Shown piece after piece: positions 62,669 through 64,000 of a stretch of DNA of 64,000 nt. The notes beneath the pieces are model-generated. The model saw only the letters and a list, made by a program, of their open reading frames with translations. It had not been told where the DNA came from and did not search any database. A program made the translations under genes and the position numbers. This DNA is from Octopus vulgaris. Lineage: Eukaryota. How positions within the stretch are numbered: the stretch's first letter is position 1; the number at the start of each line of letters is the position of its first letter. The stretch spans positions 2,418,001 to 2,482,000 of the forward strand of contig OX597832.1 of NCBI GenBank assembly GCA_951406725.2, in the 5' to 3' direction.

Positions 62669-63646
62669 AAATGTAACTAGGTTTCAGATTGCTATTGAGA
62701 GAGAGAGAGAGAGAGAGCTGTCTTGATCTATGAAAACATTACTGTACACCTTATTTCCAAAAAGGAGCAACCTCTCACAATTTTAACAGCTGACTTATCA
62801 ATGGAGGAGGCTTCACATGGTTGTTCAACCTACTAAAAATAGCAACCAAATCTTAACTCAGTTACAGTCTTAATGTTGTATAAGTGCTTGCAGCAGAATT
62901 GCATCCAACTGAATGGCATGTTAAGTTTGCTTTCTCCATTCAAAAATGGGGACTGTTTTAAAGGACTTAGTCCTAAATTCCTCTTAAAAAGCTATGGTCT
63001 TTGATCATATCTGTGCAAAGAGAGCCAACTTGGAAACTGAACAATAGCATCTCAACAGTAATAGAGGCAGTTGTAAAATCCCTTCTTTTATCTCCTCGAG
63101 TGCTTTTTTTCTATTTCAGAGTTTGGTTATATCTCCAACACTTTCCATTTTGTATATGAAAGACCTACTTGCTGTTATTTCTAATCACGTGTGTATGACA
63201 TTGTCTGACTGCATCTCAGTGTCAGTAAATACAGTTGACTGTCTACAAATCTCAAGTGTAACCCACATTAAAGGACTGTTCTTGTACTTGAGATGGTGTT
63301 GTTGCTTGTAAACATATTCTCCACCACTGGAAGACCATTTGGCTGATTGGTAATGATTCAATCACCAATTTGGTTTTGTTTCACTGTTTCTTTTCTCTAT
63401 AATGTCTTCTGTAGGGATAGCACTCAGTATGATACCTCTTCCAGAGATCCATAATAATTTAAGTTTTCATTTTAGTTGTTTCCCCACTACACAAGCCATG
63501 CATCTAAAATTTTGCTTAATCCTTCATTTTGAGACCTCACTGGCTATCTTTATCCACATTTTCCCAACATATTGAAACCAACAGAACTCGAAATTAAATT
63601 AACAAAATTTGAGATTTGTATTCCTTATTGAATTTTTTTGTTGTAG

Positions 63647-63961
63647 GCTATTGTGGTGCTGATATCAAAGCATTATGTACAGAAGCTGCTTTGATGGCTT
63701 TAAGAAGAAGGTATCCTCAGATTTACAATTCCTCTGAAAAACTCCAGTTAGATGTTTCATCAATACACATCTCTGGAATTGATTTTTATCGAGGAATGAA
63801 AGTAATTGTTCCCACTGCACAGCGTTCTAATTCAACTCCAAGACATCCATTATCCAAACTTGTGAGACCACTTCTTGAAAACATCTACAAAAAGGCACTT
63901 TCAATATTGGAGATAATTTTTCCAAGTGATTTATCTCAGAGTCATAGTCTTACATTGAAAG
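63647..63961 (+). CDS. ATAD2: ATAD2 coding exon 14 (AAA lid); gene continues beyond window
   Basis: ttgtag| (G)YCGADIKALCTEAALMALRRRYPQIYNSSEKLQLDVSSI...SLTLK |gtaatt. Confidence 0.94.
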
Positions 63962-64000
63962 GTAATTCAATAATTTTTCTGTTTGAATTTTAATAATATT

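Noticed and set aside
61774-62905. Imperfect 23-bp inverted pair gatgctattctactgcaagcact / agtgcttgcagcagaattgcatc
   Set aside because: No TSD or terminal signature and the interior is a mix of other repeats, so it cannot be called a transposon.

Overview
AT-rich animal genomic DNA. The SINE/LINE repertoire and microsatellite load suggest an octopod cephalopod (inference from repeat families). There are two tandem + strand protein-coding genes. The first is the last five coding exons of an M3 metallopeptidase (thimet oligopeptidase/neurolysin orthologue; 351-13330, HEFGH zinc motif). The second is the first 14 coding exons of ATAD2/ATAD2B (ATG at 17662, running off the window end). Exon phases were checked by hand and join in frame. 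The introns hold many transposon remnants: a full-length but dead DD37E/TRT-like Tc1 element with IR/DR ends, a Chapaev3 element (CAC..GTG, TAA TSD), a CsRN1-like Gypsy element nested in an RTE LINE that is itself fused to a CR1-type LINE, Helitron, Tigger/pogo, maT, R4/Dong, piggyBac MITEs and many SINEs. Notable structures are long fold-back palindromes in ATAD2 introns, a tandem PBS-like array with strongly asymmetric LTRs, a templated inverted insertion, and degenerate ribozyme-like motifs in (TA)n-embedded elements. I see no convincing wholly new gene system; the best leads concern mobile elements and RNA structure.
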